From: Candidatus Aminicenantia bacterium
Lineage (GTDB): Bacteria; Acidobacteriota; Aminicenantia; Aminicenantales; Saccharicenantaceae
Length of the DNA stretch: 64,000 bases
NCBI GenBank assembly: GCA_041479905.1
Contig: JBGOYY010000010.1
Location: 1,370-65,369 of the forward strand
Direction: 5' to 3'
Part shown: positions 54,689 to 63,195 of the stretch, piece by piece
Numbering within the stretch: the stretch's first letter is position 1
Layout of the letters: each line of letters opens with the position of its first letter
Made by a program: the position numbers and the translations under genes
The notes under the pieces: model-generated
What the model was told of the DNA's origin: nothing
What the model saw: only the letters and a program-made list of their open reading frames with translations
The model's database searches: none

Positions 54689-55147
54689 TTAGGCCTGGAT
54701 GGTCGTCGAGACGTTTTGGCCTTTTCCATAAAGATGGTTGATGAGGACCAGGACGCCGGTGGGGATGCCGTGTTCGAATTCGACCCCGATCTCGTAGAGG
54801 CCGTCTTCGATCATCCGAACCCAGCGGACATCGGCCCGGACCTTGGTGACCTGTTTCGACTTGGACAGGTAAAGCGTCATCCGGAGAGAGGAACCGACCT
54901 CGAAAAGCCTGTCCGTGACGATCCGCGCGCCGCCCAAGGAGAGGTCCTTGGTCAGGGCGTTGATGACGCGGGAGTCGGGAGAGGTGGGCGCACCGGGGAG
55001 CTCGATGGCGACCCTGTTTTCCTCGGTGAGTCTCTTGTCTTTTCTGCTTTCGCGCATCATGCGCTCTCTTTCCGGACCTTGTGCTCCATTGCGGTCGGCG
55101 ATTCCGTTCTTCGCACTGATGATAAACCGGCTAAAAAACGAGTCCAT
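54689..55147 (-). CDS. PilZ domain protein (c-di-GMP receptor-type)
   Basis: RxxxR-type stretch RESRKDKR, then DLSLGGARI and a beta-barrel-like tail ..VRADVRWVRMIEDGLYEIGVEFE. The start may be an internal Met. Confidence 0.7.
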   Translation of the reverse strand: MDSFFSRFIISAKNGIADRNGAQGPERERMMRESRKDKRLTEENRVAIELPGAPTSPDSRVINALTKDLSLGGARIVTDRLFEVGSSLRMTLYLSKSKQVTKVRADVRWVRMIEDGLYEIGVEFEHGIPTGVLVLINHLYGKGQNVSTTIQA

Positions 55148-55251
55148 CGCCGTTGGGGGTGAAACAGGGGGGGATTATCCCTCCCCCCCCTCGGCCCTCA
55201 AAAGAGGGCCCCCCCGGCGAGGGGTCGGAGGGCCGGGGAGGTCAGGGGAAA

Positions 55252-55953
55252 TCAGGGAAAGTACACACGCGAGAAGGGGGAGGGGGCGGCGGGCGCGGGC
55301 CGGCTGCCGCGGAGGAATATGGCCATACGGACGTATTTCCGGTCCGTCGGGTCGAGGGGCGGGTCACCCTCGTAGTCGTGCCAGCGGTCGACGAATTCGG
55401 ACCGGGGGATCGTGCCGCGCGAACCGAGGAGGGACGGGTCCTCGAAATAGAGGTTTTCGCCGTCCATGCCCAGGAGGACCATGTAGTGGCCGTCGTCCCA
55501 GGTTTCGGTCCAGGGGAGATCGGCGCGGTCGCGCCAGGCCTGGAGGTCGACGATGACCGTCGTCCCGGCGGCGAGGGCAGCTTCGAGGTCGGAGAGCTCG
55601 AGGCCCTCGCGGAGGTCGGCCGAGAGGCCGAATTCGCGGGCGACGCGGACGATGTCGAGTGGATGCGTCCCGGCCTCGGGGGTGCTGCGGAGGCGGGCGG
55701 CGAGACGGTCCTCGCGTTCCTCCGTCCCCCAGTAGGCCAGGACGGCCTGAAGCGCGGATGCGCCGCAGGTGTAGCCGGTGCTCTGACGGACGTCGGGGAC
55801 GCCTTCGAGCAGCGAGGGCAGGGCGGCTGGAGAGGCGGGGAGCGAAGTGACAGAAAGTGGTTCCGCTCCGCCTTTGAACAAGGGGACGGGGAGGAGCGTG
55901 CCGGCGATCCATCCGGCGGCAACGGCGACGAACAGGAATGTGATTTTTTTCAT
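55252..55953 (-). CDS. Secreted C39-like / papain-fold cysteine peptidase
   Basis: Signal peptide MKKITFLFVAVAAG. Candidate nucleophile in QSTGYTCGASALQAVLAYWG and candidate His in WDDGHYMVLLG. The ATG overlaps the HAD stop (ATGA). Confidence 0.55.
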   Translation of the reverse strand: MKKITFLFVAVAAGWIAGTLLPVPLFKGGAEPLSVTSLPASPAALPSLLEGVPDVRQSTGYTCGASALQAVLAYWGTEEREDRLAARLRSTPEAGTHPLDIVRVAREFGLSADLREGLELSDLEAALAAGTTVIVDLQAWRDRADLPWTETWDDGHYMVLLGMDGENLYFEDPSLLGSRGTIPRSEFVDRWHDYEGDPPLDPTDRKYVRMAIFLRGSRPAPAAPSPFSRVYFP

Positions 55954-56642
55954 TGATGACCTCCGGCCTGGAAGCACTCGAGCAGGTCGAGGGGCGATGC
56001 GATCAGGGCGGCGGCGCCGCTTTCGCGGAGCTCCTCGGCCGTGCGGAAACCCCAGAGCGCCCCGACGGGGAACATGCCGGCGGCGCGGGCCGTGTTCATG
56101 TCGACGCTCGTGTCGCCGAGAAAAATGCAGGCTGCCGGTTCGACGCCCAGCTCGCCGGCGATCGAGAGGGCCGAAGCGGGGTCGGGCTTGAGCGGGACGC
56201 CGGGAAGGGCGCCGCGGACGGAGTCGAACCGGAAGCCGGCAAGAAGCTCAGCCGTCATCAGGGTTGTGAACGCGTGGGACTTGTTCGAGAGGACGGCCGT
56301 TTTGACGCCGCGCCGGCCGATCTCGGCCAGGAGTTCGGGGACGCCGGGGTAGGGGCGGCTGTGAGATCGCCAGCACGACTGATACTCACGGCGGTAGTCG
56401 GTGACGACGCCGGCGACGTCGGCGTCGGAGAGCGCGCCGATGCCGCGCTGGGCGAAGGTCCGCCGGACCATCTCCTCGATGCCGTCGCCGACGAGAAGCT
56501 TTGTTCCCTCGGCGCTGAAGGGAGCCAGGCCGCGGGCTTCGAGGACCCGGTTCGTGGCTCCGGCGATGTCCTCGATCGTGTCGAGGAGAGTCCCGTCGAG
56601 GTCGAAAATCACGGCCTGATAATTCAAGGACACAATACTCAT
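55950..56642 (-). CDS. HAD-superfamily hydrolase (phosphoglycolate-phosphatase-like)
   Basis: AVIFDLDGTLLDT (motif I), VLSNK and GDTSVDMNTA. Confidence 0.8.
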   Translation of the reverse strand: MSIVSLNYQAVIFDLDGTLLDTIEDIAGATNRVLEARGLAPFSAEGTKLLVGDGIEEMVRRTFAQRGIGALSDADVAGVVTDYRREYQSCWRSHSRPYPGVPELLAEIGRRGVKTAVLSNKSHAFTTLMTAELLAGFRFDSVRGALPGVPLKPDPASALSIAGELGVEPAACIFLGDTSVDMNTARAAGMFPVGALWGFRTAEELRESGAAALIASPLDLLECFQAGGHQ

Positions 56643-56645
56643 TTC

Positions 56646-57176
56646 CTATTTGCCGGATCTATGGAGGTCGCGGAGGCGGGCGTAGGTCTTCCAGGCGTTC
56701 TCGAGGCGGGTCCGGTCCTCGTCGGTGAGCTCCCGCCTGATCTTGGCCGGGACTCCGGCGGCGATGACGCCCGGCGGGATCTCCATCCCCTCGGGGACGA
56801 CGGCGCCGGCCGCGACGACCGAGCCCTTCCCGATCTTGGCTCCGGAGAGGATTGTGGCGCCCATGGCGATCAGGGCATCATCTTCGATCACGGCCGCGTG
56901 CAGGACGGCGCCGTGGCCCACCGTCACTCGCGCCCCGACCAGGCAGGACATGTCCCGGTCCACGTGGACGACCGACCCGTCCTGGATGTTGGCGTCCTCG
57001 CCGATGTCGATCACGGCACCCTCCATGTCGGAACGGAGAACACAGCCGTACCAGACGCTCGCCCCCCTGCGGACGATGATCTTGCCGACGAGGACGGCCC
57101 CGGGCGCGACCCAGGCCTCCGGGTCGATCTCGGGCTCGCCCAATTTTTTCGGAACTCCGAAATCGTCCATGCTCAT
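56646..57176 (-). CDS. Gamma-carbonic-anhydrase-like / left-handed beta-helix (hexapeptide repeat) protein
   Basis: 176 aa starting from MSMDDFG. ..VWYGCVLRSDMEGAVIDIGEDANIQDGSVVHV...VGHGAVLHAAVIEDDALIAMGATIL. Only this part of the 1026-aa track ORF is credible. Confidence 0.8.
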   Translation of the reverse strand: MSMDDFGVPKKLGEPEIDPEAWVAPGAVLVGKIIVRRGASVWYGCVLRSDMEGAVIDIGEDANIQDGSVVHVDRDMSCLVGARVTVGHGAVLHAAVIEDDALIAMGATILSGAKIGKGSVVAAGAVVPEGMEIPPGVIAAGVPAKIRRELTDEDRTRLENAWKTYARLRDLHRSGK

Positions 57177-57228
57177 TTCTCCTTCGTGTGCGGCAAAATA
57201 GATTTTATCATGCAACAATAAAAAAATC

Positions 57229-57257
57229 TTGCATTCGGCGGGAGGCAGGCCTATAAT
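57229..57257 (+). promoter_or_regulatory. Sigma70-like promoter upstream of nrdJ
   Basis: TTGCAT at 57229-57234, a 17-nt spacer, and TATAAT at 57252-57257. Confidence 0.5.
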
Positions 57258-57320
57258 TCTTAGTAATCCACTAGTGATTATTTCCCCGGGCGAAAATTCA
57301 TCGCCACGTTGGAGGATAGA

Positions 57321-59405
57321 ATGGCTGCGACCAGCGGTTTCAACGAGAACGCCCTGAAGATCCTGAAGGCCCGCTACTTCCTGAAGAACGAGGAAGGCGA
57401 GCCCGTCGACAAGTCCCCCGAGGACCTTTTCCGGCGCGTGGCGACCTTCGTCGCCTCGGCCGAAAAGAACAAGGGCGACCGGAACAAATACGCCGAGGAA
57501 TTCCTGCGGGTCATGGCGGCCCGCGACTTCCTGCCCAACAGCCCCACTCTGACCGGCGCCGGCCGGGGCATGTGCCTGAGCGCCTGCTTCGTCCTGCCCA
57601 TCGAGGACTCGCTCGACTCTATCTTCGAGACCGTAAAGAACGCGGCTCTCGTCCATAAAGAAGGGGGCGGCACGGGCTTCGACTTCAGCCTTCTCCGGCC
57701 CAAAGGCAGTTTCGTCCGCAAGACCCAGGGCGTCGCCTCTGGCCCCGTTTCCTTCCTCAAGGTCATCGACGCCGCGACCGAGGCCGTCAAGCAGGGCGGC
57801 ACGCGCCGCGGCGCCAACATGGGCATCCTCCGGGTCGACCACCCCGACGTCGAGGAGTTCATCCAGATGAAGCTCGACGGGACGAGCGCCGCGAACTTCA
57901 ACATCTCCGTGGCCGTCACCGACGCCTTCATGGCCGCCCTCAAGGCCGGCTCCGAATACGAACTCGTCGACCCGCACCAGGGGACGCCCGTCGGCAAGAA
58001 GGACGCCCGCAAGGTCTTCGCGCTCATCGTCGAGTCGGCCTGGGCGGTCGGCGATCCCGGCCTCATCTTCATCGACCGCGTCAACGCCGGCAACCCGACG
58101 GCCGGCCTCGGTCCCATCCGGGCGACCAACCCCTGCGGCGAACAGCCCCTCCACGACTACGAGTCCTGCAACCTCGGCTCCGTCAACCTGGCCAACTTCT
58201 TCGACGCCAAGAAAAAGGACCGCTTCGACTGGGACCGCTTCGCGAAGGTCGTCCGCCTCGGCGTCCGCTTCCTCGACAACGTCATCGACGTCAACAAATA
58301 TCCTCTGCCCCAGATCGACAAGACGACGCGGGCTTCGCGCCGCATCGGGCTCGGGGTCATGGGCTGGGCCGACCTGCTCCTCCTGATGAAGGTCAGATAC
58401 GACTCGGCCAAGGCCTTGGCCCTGGCCGACAAGGTCGGGGCGTTCCTGCGGGCCGAGGCCACGGCCGCCTCGCGCGGGCTGGCCGCCGAGCGGGGGAGCT
58501 TCCCGGCCGTCGGCCAGTCGGTCTACAAGGGCACGAAGATGCGCAACGCCACGGTCTTCACCATCGCCCCGACCGGCACCATCTCGCGCATCGCCGGCTG
58601 TTCGTCCTCGATCGAGCCCGTCTTCGCCTTCGAGGTGACCTCGAAGATCATCGACTCCGAGCTCAAGGATGTCCACCCCATCTACGCCGAGTGGAAGGAG
58701 AAGAACCCGGGGAAGCCGCTCCCGGACTATTTCCGGGCCGCGCACGAGATCCCGCCCGAGTGGCACGTCCGGACCCAGGCCGCCTTCCAGAAGCACGTCG
58801 ATAACTCCGTCTCCAAGACGATCAACTTCCCTCACGAGGCCTCGGTCGACGACGTCGAGAAGGCCTACATGCTGGCTTGGAACATGGGGACCAAAGGGAT
58901 CACCATCTACCGCGACGGCTGCCGCGAGAGCCAGGTCCTCTACAAGAACGGGACGGAGATCCTCCATCCCCAGGGGCGGCCGACCTCGCTCCCCTCGGTC
59001 ACCGACAAGATCAAGACCGGCTTCGGCAACCTCTACGTGACCATCTCGTTCCACAACCAGAAGCCCTTCGAGGTCTTCGCCTCGATCGGCAAGAGCGGCT
59101 ATTCGACCATGGCCGACGCCGAGGCCCTCGGCCGGCTCATCTCGATGGCCCTCCGGAGCGGCGTCGAGGCCGAGGAGGTCATCCAGCAGCTCAAGGGCAT
59201 CGGCGGCTCCGAACCCATCTTCACCGAGGGCGGCCTCATCCAATCCATTCCGGACGCCATCGCCAAGGTCCTGGAAAAGCACTTCGGCGAAGTCAAACAA
59301 AACGCCAAGGATTTCTACACCGTCCGCTGTAAGATCTGCGGGGCCCTCCTGCCCGACGAGAAGTGCCCCGTCTGCATCAACTGCGGCTGGAGCAAGTGTG
59401 CCTGA
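57321..59405 (+). CDS. nrdJ: Class II (adenosylcobalamin-dependent) ribonucleotide reductase
   Basis: NENALKILKARYFLKNEEGE, ATNPCGEQPL, and a C-terminal Cys-rich tail CKICGALLPDEKCPVCINCGWSKCA. ATG 57321 follows GGAGGA. Confidence 0.9.
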   Translation: MAATSGFNENALKILKARYFLKNEEGEPVDKSPEDLFRRVATFVASAEKNKGDRNKYAEEFLRVMAARDFLPNSPTLTGAGRGMCLSACFVLPIEDSLDSIFETVKNAALVHKEGGGTGFDFSLLRPKGSFVRKTQGVASGPVSFLKVIDAATEAVKQGGTRRGANMGILRVDHPDVEEFIQMKLDGTSAANFNISVAVTDAFMAALKAGSEYELVDPHQGTPVGKKDARKVFALIVESAWAVGDPGLIFIDRVNAGNPTAGLGPIRATNPCGEQPLHDYESCNLGSVNLANFFDAKKKDRFDWDRFAKVVRLGVRFLDNVIDVNKYPLPQIDKTTRASRRIGLGVMGWADLLLLMKVRYDSAKALALADKVGAFLRAEATAASRGLAAERGSFPAVGQSVYKGTKMRNATVFTIAPTGTISRIAGCSSSIEPVFAFEVTSKIIDSELKDVHPIYAEWKEKNPGKPLPDYFRAAHEIPPEWHVRTQAAFQKHVDNSVSKTINFPHEASVDDVEKAYMLAWNMGTKGITIYRDGCRESQVLYKNGTEILHPQGRPTSLPSVTDKIKTGFGNLYVTISFHNQKPFEVFASIGKSGYSTMADAEALGRLISMALRSGVEAEEVIQQLKGIGGSEPIFTEGGLIQSIPDAIAKVLEKHFGEVKQNAKDFYTVRCKICGALLPDEKCPVCINCGWSKCA

Positions 59406-59478
59406 GCCGAGGAGTTTGACCAAATCCTGGAATTCTGATATTTTTTCAGTAATAATAGAAAAATAAGGAGTTTCCATA

Positions 59479-59928
59479 ATGAAAAAAGCAGCTCTCATGT
59501 TGATCATTCTCGGCTGTCTCGCCGGATTATCCTTCGGACGCGACGGCAACATCGGGCTTGGCCTCATCTTCGGCGAGCCGACAGGCCTCAGCGCCAAGTT
59601 GTGGACCGGCAAGACCACGGCCTTCGACGCCGGGGCCGCCTGGTCGTTCGTCAGCGGCGGATTCTTCCAGGTCCACGGCGACCTCCTCTTCCACGACTTC
59701 AACCTCTTCAAGGTCGAGACGGGCAAGATGGCTCTCTATTACGGCTTCGGCGGCCGGGTGAAGATGGCCGACGTGACGATCATCAGTGTCCGCGTCCCGA
59801 TCGGCATCTCCTACCAGTTCGAGAAGACGGCGATCGAGCTTTTCCTCGAAATCGTCCCCATGCTCGACATCGTTCCGGCCACCGAGGTCGGGATCGGCGG
59901 CGGCGCCGGCTTCCGCTATTATTTCTGA
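59479..59928 (+). CDS. Small predicted outer-membrane beta-barrel protein
   Basis: 149 aa with a signal peptide and Gly/aromatic-rich alternating strands. The C-terminus is ..GGGAGFRYYF. An upstream TTGACC-N17-TATTTT pair lies at 59416-59444. Confidence 0.6.
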   Translation: MKKAALMLIILGCLAGLSFGRDGNIGLGLIFGEPTGLSAKLWTGKTTAFDAGAAWSFVSGGFFQVHGDLLFHDFNLFKVETGKMALYYGFGGRVKMADVTIISVRVPIGISYQFEKTAIELFLEIVPMLDIVPATEVGIGGGAGFRYYF

Positions 59929-60018
59929 TGATCATCTCTCGAGGGCTGGTAAACAACGGCAGCTAAAACCTCCGGGCCTTCCGAGCCGACGCACGGGCGG
60001 CGGAGACTCCTGTGGGCC

Positions 60019-61782
60019 GTGGCCGGCGCGGCCGTCCTGGCCGGAGGCCTCATCTTCCCGGGTCCGACTACGATTTCCGGCCCTCGGGCTGTTCTGGTCT
60101 CTCCTCAGTCCCCCCGCCCGGGCGGGCACCTGCGCGTCCTGGTCGCCTTCGAAGCCGACGCCGCCAAGGTCCAGGCCTTTCTCCGCGGGCCGGCGGGCGC
60201 CCTCGAACCCCTCAAGATGAAGAGGGGAGGGGGGCCTCCGTTCTGGGTCTCAGCTGAGTTTTCGGCCGGTCTGGCGGGGTCTTACGCCTTGATGCTCAAA
60301 GAGGGCCGGGACGAATGGCAGGCGCAGACCATCGAAGTTTCGGCGGGCGGCGCCCCGAAGGCCGGTCTGGCCGGGGGCGCGCTCGGCGCGAAGGGCTGGT
60401 CGTGGGCCGAAGAAAGCCTCTACGCCGCCTGGATCGAGGCGCTCTTCGCCGAAGCGGACGAGCGCTCGTCCTGGAAAGCCCTCCACGAGGTCATGCGCGA
60501 CCCGGCGCGGAACATCCTCCACGACCATTTCGGTCTCGGCGAGGACGAGGCCTCCGGCCCGAACGCCCTCGTCATGACCCCGGACTGCGCCGACAACCCC
60601 TATTTCCTGCGGGCTTACTTCGCCTGGAAGCTCGGCCTGCCCTTCGGCTTCCACGAAACGAGCTGGGGGACTCGGGAGCAGGCCCCGCGCGGCCTGCGCT
60701 GGCGGACCGAAGCTCCCGCGACCGGGCCCGACAAATTCAGGCGCCTGCTGGCCGTGGTCAAGAACATCGTCCACGCCGGGAACGGCAGGACCGCGCTTCG
60801 GGCGGACGAAGCCGACTATTACCCGCTCCCCCTCACCAGGAAGGCCCTCAAACCGGGCACGGTCTATGCCGACCCGTACGGGCACACTCTGACGATCGTC
60901 CGGTGGATCCCTCAGACCGCGAAGCGCCCGGGTTTGCTCCTGGCCGTCGACGCCCAGCCCGACGGAACGATCGGGGTCAAGAGATTCTGGAAGGGGAATT
61001 TCCTGTTCGCGACGGAGGATGTCATCGGCGAGCCGGGTTTCAAGGCCTTCCGCCCGATCGCCCTCGAGAACAGCCGGCCGCGCCTCCTGACGAACCGGGA
61101 GATCGCCGCGGACCTCGACTTCGGCGATTTTTCGCTCGAGCAGGAGAAGATGACGGGCGACGCGTTCTACGCGGCGATGGAGAAGCTCATCAACCCCGAG
61201 CCCCTCGACGCCGCGGCCGCCTTCGAAGACCTCTTCCAGGCCCTCCACGAACAGCTCATCGTCCGCGTCGACTCGGTGGCGAACGGCGAGGAGTTCATGA
61301 AGGCGCACCCGGGCACGGTCATCCCCATGCCGTCGGGCCCGGCCGTTTACCAGACCCTGGGGCAGTGGGAGGATTTCTCGACGCCGAACCGCGATCTGCG
61401 CCTGCTCATCGCCATCGACACCATCCTAGAATTCCCGGACAAGGTCGCCGCGAATCCCGGAGCCTATGACATATCCGGAAAGAAGACGCCCGACGGGGTC
61501 CGGAGCGGGCTTCTCGCCCTCCGGAAAAAATTGGCGGCCGGCCTCTCCATCACCTACCGGAGGTCGGACGGGGCGTCCCGGGTCCTGACGCTCGAGGACA
61601 TCTTCGCCCGGCGGGACGCCTTCGAGATGAGCTACAACCCGAACGACAGCGCCGAGGTCCGCTGGGGGGCCCCCGAGGGGAGCGAGGAGCGCTCGACCGC
61701 GCGCCGCCGGGCCCCCGCTTCCCAATTCGAGAAAATGAAGGCCCTCCGGCCCTGGTTTCACAAACGTCTAAGGCCCTCTTGA
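60019..61782 (+). CDS. Hypothetical (probably exported) protein
   Basis: 587-aa ORF with strong GC3 bias and a GTG start. The upstream in-frame RRRLLWAVAGAAVLAGG suggests the true start may be a non-canonical codon slightly upstream. I recognise no family motif. Confidence 0.6.
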   Translation: MAGAAVLAGGLIFPGPTTISGPRAVLVSPQSPRPGGHLRVLVAFEADAAKVQAFLRGPAGALEPLKMKRGGGPPFWVSAEFSAGLAGSYALMLKEGRDEWQAQTIEVSAGGAPKAGLAGGALGAKGWSWAEESLYAAWIEALFAEADERSSWKALHEVMRDPARNILHDHFGLGEDEASGPNALVMTPDCADNPYFLRAYFAWKLGLPFGFHETSWGTREQAPRGLRWRTEAPATGPDKFRRLLAVVKNIVHAGNGRTALRADEADYYPLPLTRKALKPGTVYADPYGHTLTIVRWIPQTAKRPGLLLAVDAQPDGTIGVKRFWKGNFLFATEDVIGEPGFKAFRPIALENSRPRLLTNREIAADLDFGDFSLEQEKMTGDAFYAAMEKLINPEPLDAAAAFEDLFQALHEQLIVRVDSVANGEEFMKAHPGTVIPMPSGPAVYQTLGQWEDFSTPNRDLRLLIAIDTILEFPDKVAANPGAYDISGKKTPDGVRSGLLALRKKLAAGLSITYRRSDGASRVLTLEDIFARRDAFEMSYNPNDSAEVRWGAPEGSEERSTARRRAPASQFEKMKALRPWFHKRLRPS

Positions 61783-61946
61783 CGCGCCTTGTACCGCCCG
61801 TTTTGGCGGGGATGGGGGCCACGCCTATCCCCCGGCCCCCCGGGCACCAGTCCCGACGGTTCCCCCGCCGCGGAAGCGGCGGGTCCCCCTCCGCTACGGG
61901 GGCTAGACATGGCCCCCATCCCTGCCCGGGCGGCACAACGCGCGCC
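61781..61946. repeat. Structured GC-rich element, copy B: a roughly 40-bp imperfect outer stem enclosing the same conserved core
   Basis: The outer arms 61781-61821 and 61910-61946 are complementary (..GCGCCTTGTACCGCCCG..GGCGGGGATGGGGGCCA vs TGGCCCCCATCCCTGCC..CGGGCGGCACAACGCGCGCC). The core 61825-61904 matches 45576-45653. Confidence 0.8.
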
Positions 61947-62022
61947 GGAAGAAGGCGTAAAAAAACGGCTCTTGATTTCCGGGCCGGTTTGGGCTAAGAA
62001 AAGGGATATTAAGGAGGGCGCG

Positions 62023-63141
62023 ATGCGCAAGAAAGGCTTTAGGGGAGTTCTGGCTTTTCTCTTTGCCGCGGCGGCCTTTCTGCCCGGAGGGCTCTCGGCC
62101 CAGGAGACGTCTGCCGAAGCGGAGTCCTACCGGTCGTTCAGCCCTTTCCCGATCCTGATGTACGATTCGGACATCGGCTTCGGCTACGGCGGCCGGGTCA
62201 AGTTCGTCGATTATTTCAAGAAAAAAGAATCCCTGGACCTCATCCTGTTCAACTCGACGAAAGGGGAACGCTGGTACGTTTTTTCCTTCTCCATCCCCGA
62301 CCTCGAGATCCGTCAGGGAAAGCGCTACGGCCTGTCCTTCGACCTCAAGGCCGAATACGACAAGTTCCTCAACTACAGCTTCTACGGCATCGGCGCCGGG
62401 ACGTCCGCGGCGAACGAGACGGTCTTCACCCACGAGACGATCAACGTTCCCCTCACCTTCGGCCGCGGCCTGACGCCCCAACTCGTCGTCGAGGCCGCCT
62501 ACGTCCTGCGCTGGATCCGGTACGCCGAACCCCGGGAAGGCCCCTTCCAGGAGGAGATCGCCGGGCTCGCCGGCCGGGGCCGCTTGTTCGTGCCCTACCT
62601 CTCGTTTATCCTGAAGTACGACACTTCCGACAGCCAGATCCACCCGACCCGCGGCTTCCGCTTCATCCTTCAGGACGACTGGGCCGCGGGGTTCATGGGC
62701 AGCCGCGACGCGGCCTTCAACCGCCTGACGATCGACCTCCGCAAGTACCAGCGCATTTTCGGCGAAAAGGACGTCTTCGCCGTCCGGGCCCTGGCCCAGT
62801 ACGTCGGCGGCGGCGAAATCCCCCTCTTCGACCACGCCTCCCTCGGCGGCGGAAATACCCTGACGGCCATGCGCGGCTACGGGCTCAACCGCTTCCTCGA
62901 CCGCGGCAAGTTCCTGGTCAACGCCGAGTACCGCTTTCCGCTCGTCGGACGTCTCGGGGGAAACGTTTTCTGCGACACGGGGACCGTCTGGCCCTCGCTC
63001 GGCGGCATCGACCTCCGGAATATCGCCTTCGACTCCGGCGTCGGGCTCAGGTTCTACATGCCGGACTTCGTCGTCCGCGTGGACGTGGCCTGGAGCAAGG
63101 AAGGAATGGGCCTCTACTTCAATTTCGGCCACATTTTCTGA
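62023..63141 (+). CDS. Omp85/BamA-family (surface antigen D15) beta-barrel protein without recognisable POTRA domains
   Basis: ATG 62023 follows AAGGAGGG. Has a signal peptide (FRGVLAFLFAAAAFLPGGLSAQE), ..LGGGNTLTAMRGYGLNRF.. and the C-terminus ..GLYFNFGHIF. Confidence 0.7.
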   Translation: MRKKGFRGVLAFLFAAAAFLPGGLSAQETSAEAESYRSFSPFPILMYDSDIGFGYGGRVKFVDYFKKKESLDLILFNSTKGERWYVFSFSIPDLEIRQGKRYGLSFDLKAEYDKFLNYSFYGIGAGTSAANETVFTHETINVPLTFGRGLTPQLVVEAAYVLRWIRYAEPREGPFQEEIAGLAGRGRLFVPYLSFILKYDTSDSQIHPTRGFRFILQDDWAAGFMGSRDAAFNRLTIDLRKYQRIFGEKDVFAVRALAQYVGGGEIPLFDHASLGGGNTLTAMRGYGLNRFLDRGKFLVNAEYRFPLVGRLGGNVFCDTGTVWPSLGGIDLRNIAFDSGVGLRFYMPDFVVRVDVAWSKEGMGLYFNFGHIF

Positions 63142-63195
63142 TAGACTTAAAGGAACATGGAAGAAACGTCCATAAAATCCACAGGAGGAAACTTC

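Noticed and set aside
57177-57320. Cobalamin riboswitch or NrdR boxes upstream of nrdJ
   Set aside because: Only about 60 nt separate the TATAAT from the ATG, which is too short for a B12 riboswitch. The only palindrome there is an 8-bp CACTAGTG (57269-57276). It does not match the 16-bp NrdR-box pattern as I remember it, and it is not duplicated.
56646-59726. 1026-aa minus-strand ORF, the second longest in the track
   Set aside because: Only its last 176 codons (56646-57176, from MSMDDFG) look like a real protein, a hexapeptide-repeat / gamma-CA-like one. The remainder is low-complexity Gly/Asp/Arg/Val-rich sequence exactly antisense to the well-supported nrdJ gene. This is typical of spurious open frames in high-GC DNA.
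61789-62022. 5' extension of the Omp85-like ORF (track start 61789) and the 432-aa antisense ORF 61903-63201
   Set aside because: The extension is translated from the structured GC-rich repeat (copy B) and is Pro/Gly/Ala-rich. A strong RBS, an ATG and a signal peptide occur at 62023. The antisense ORF has no features.
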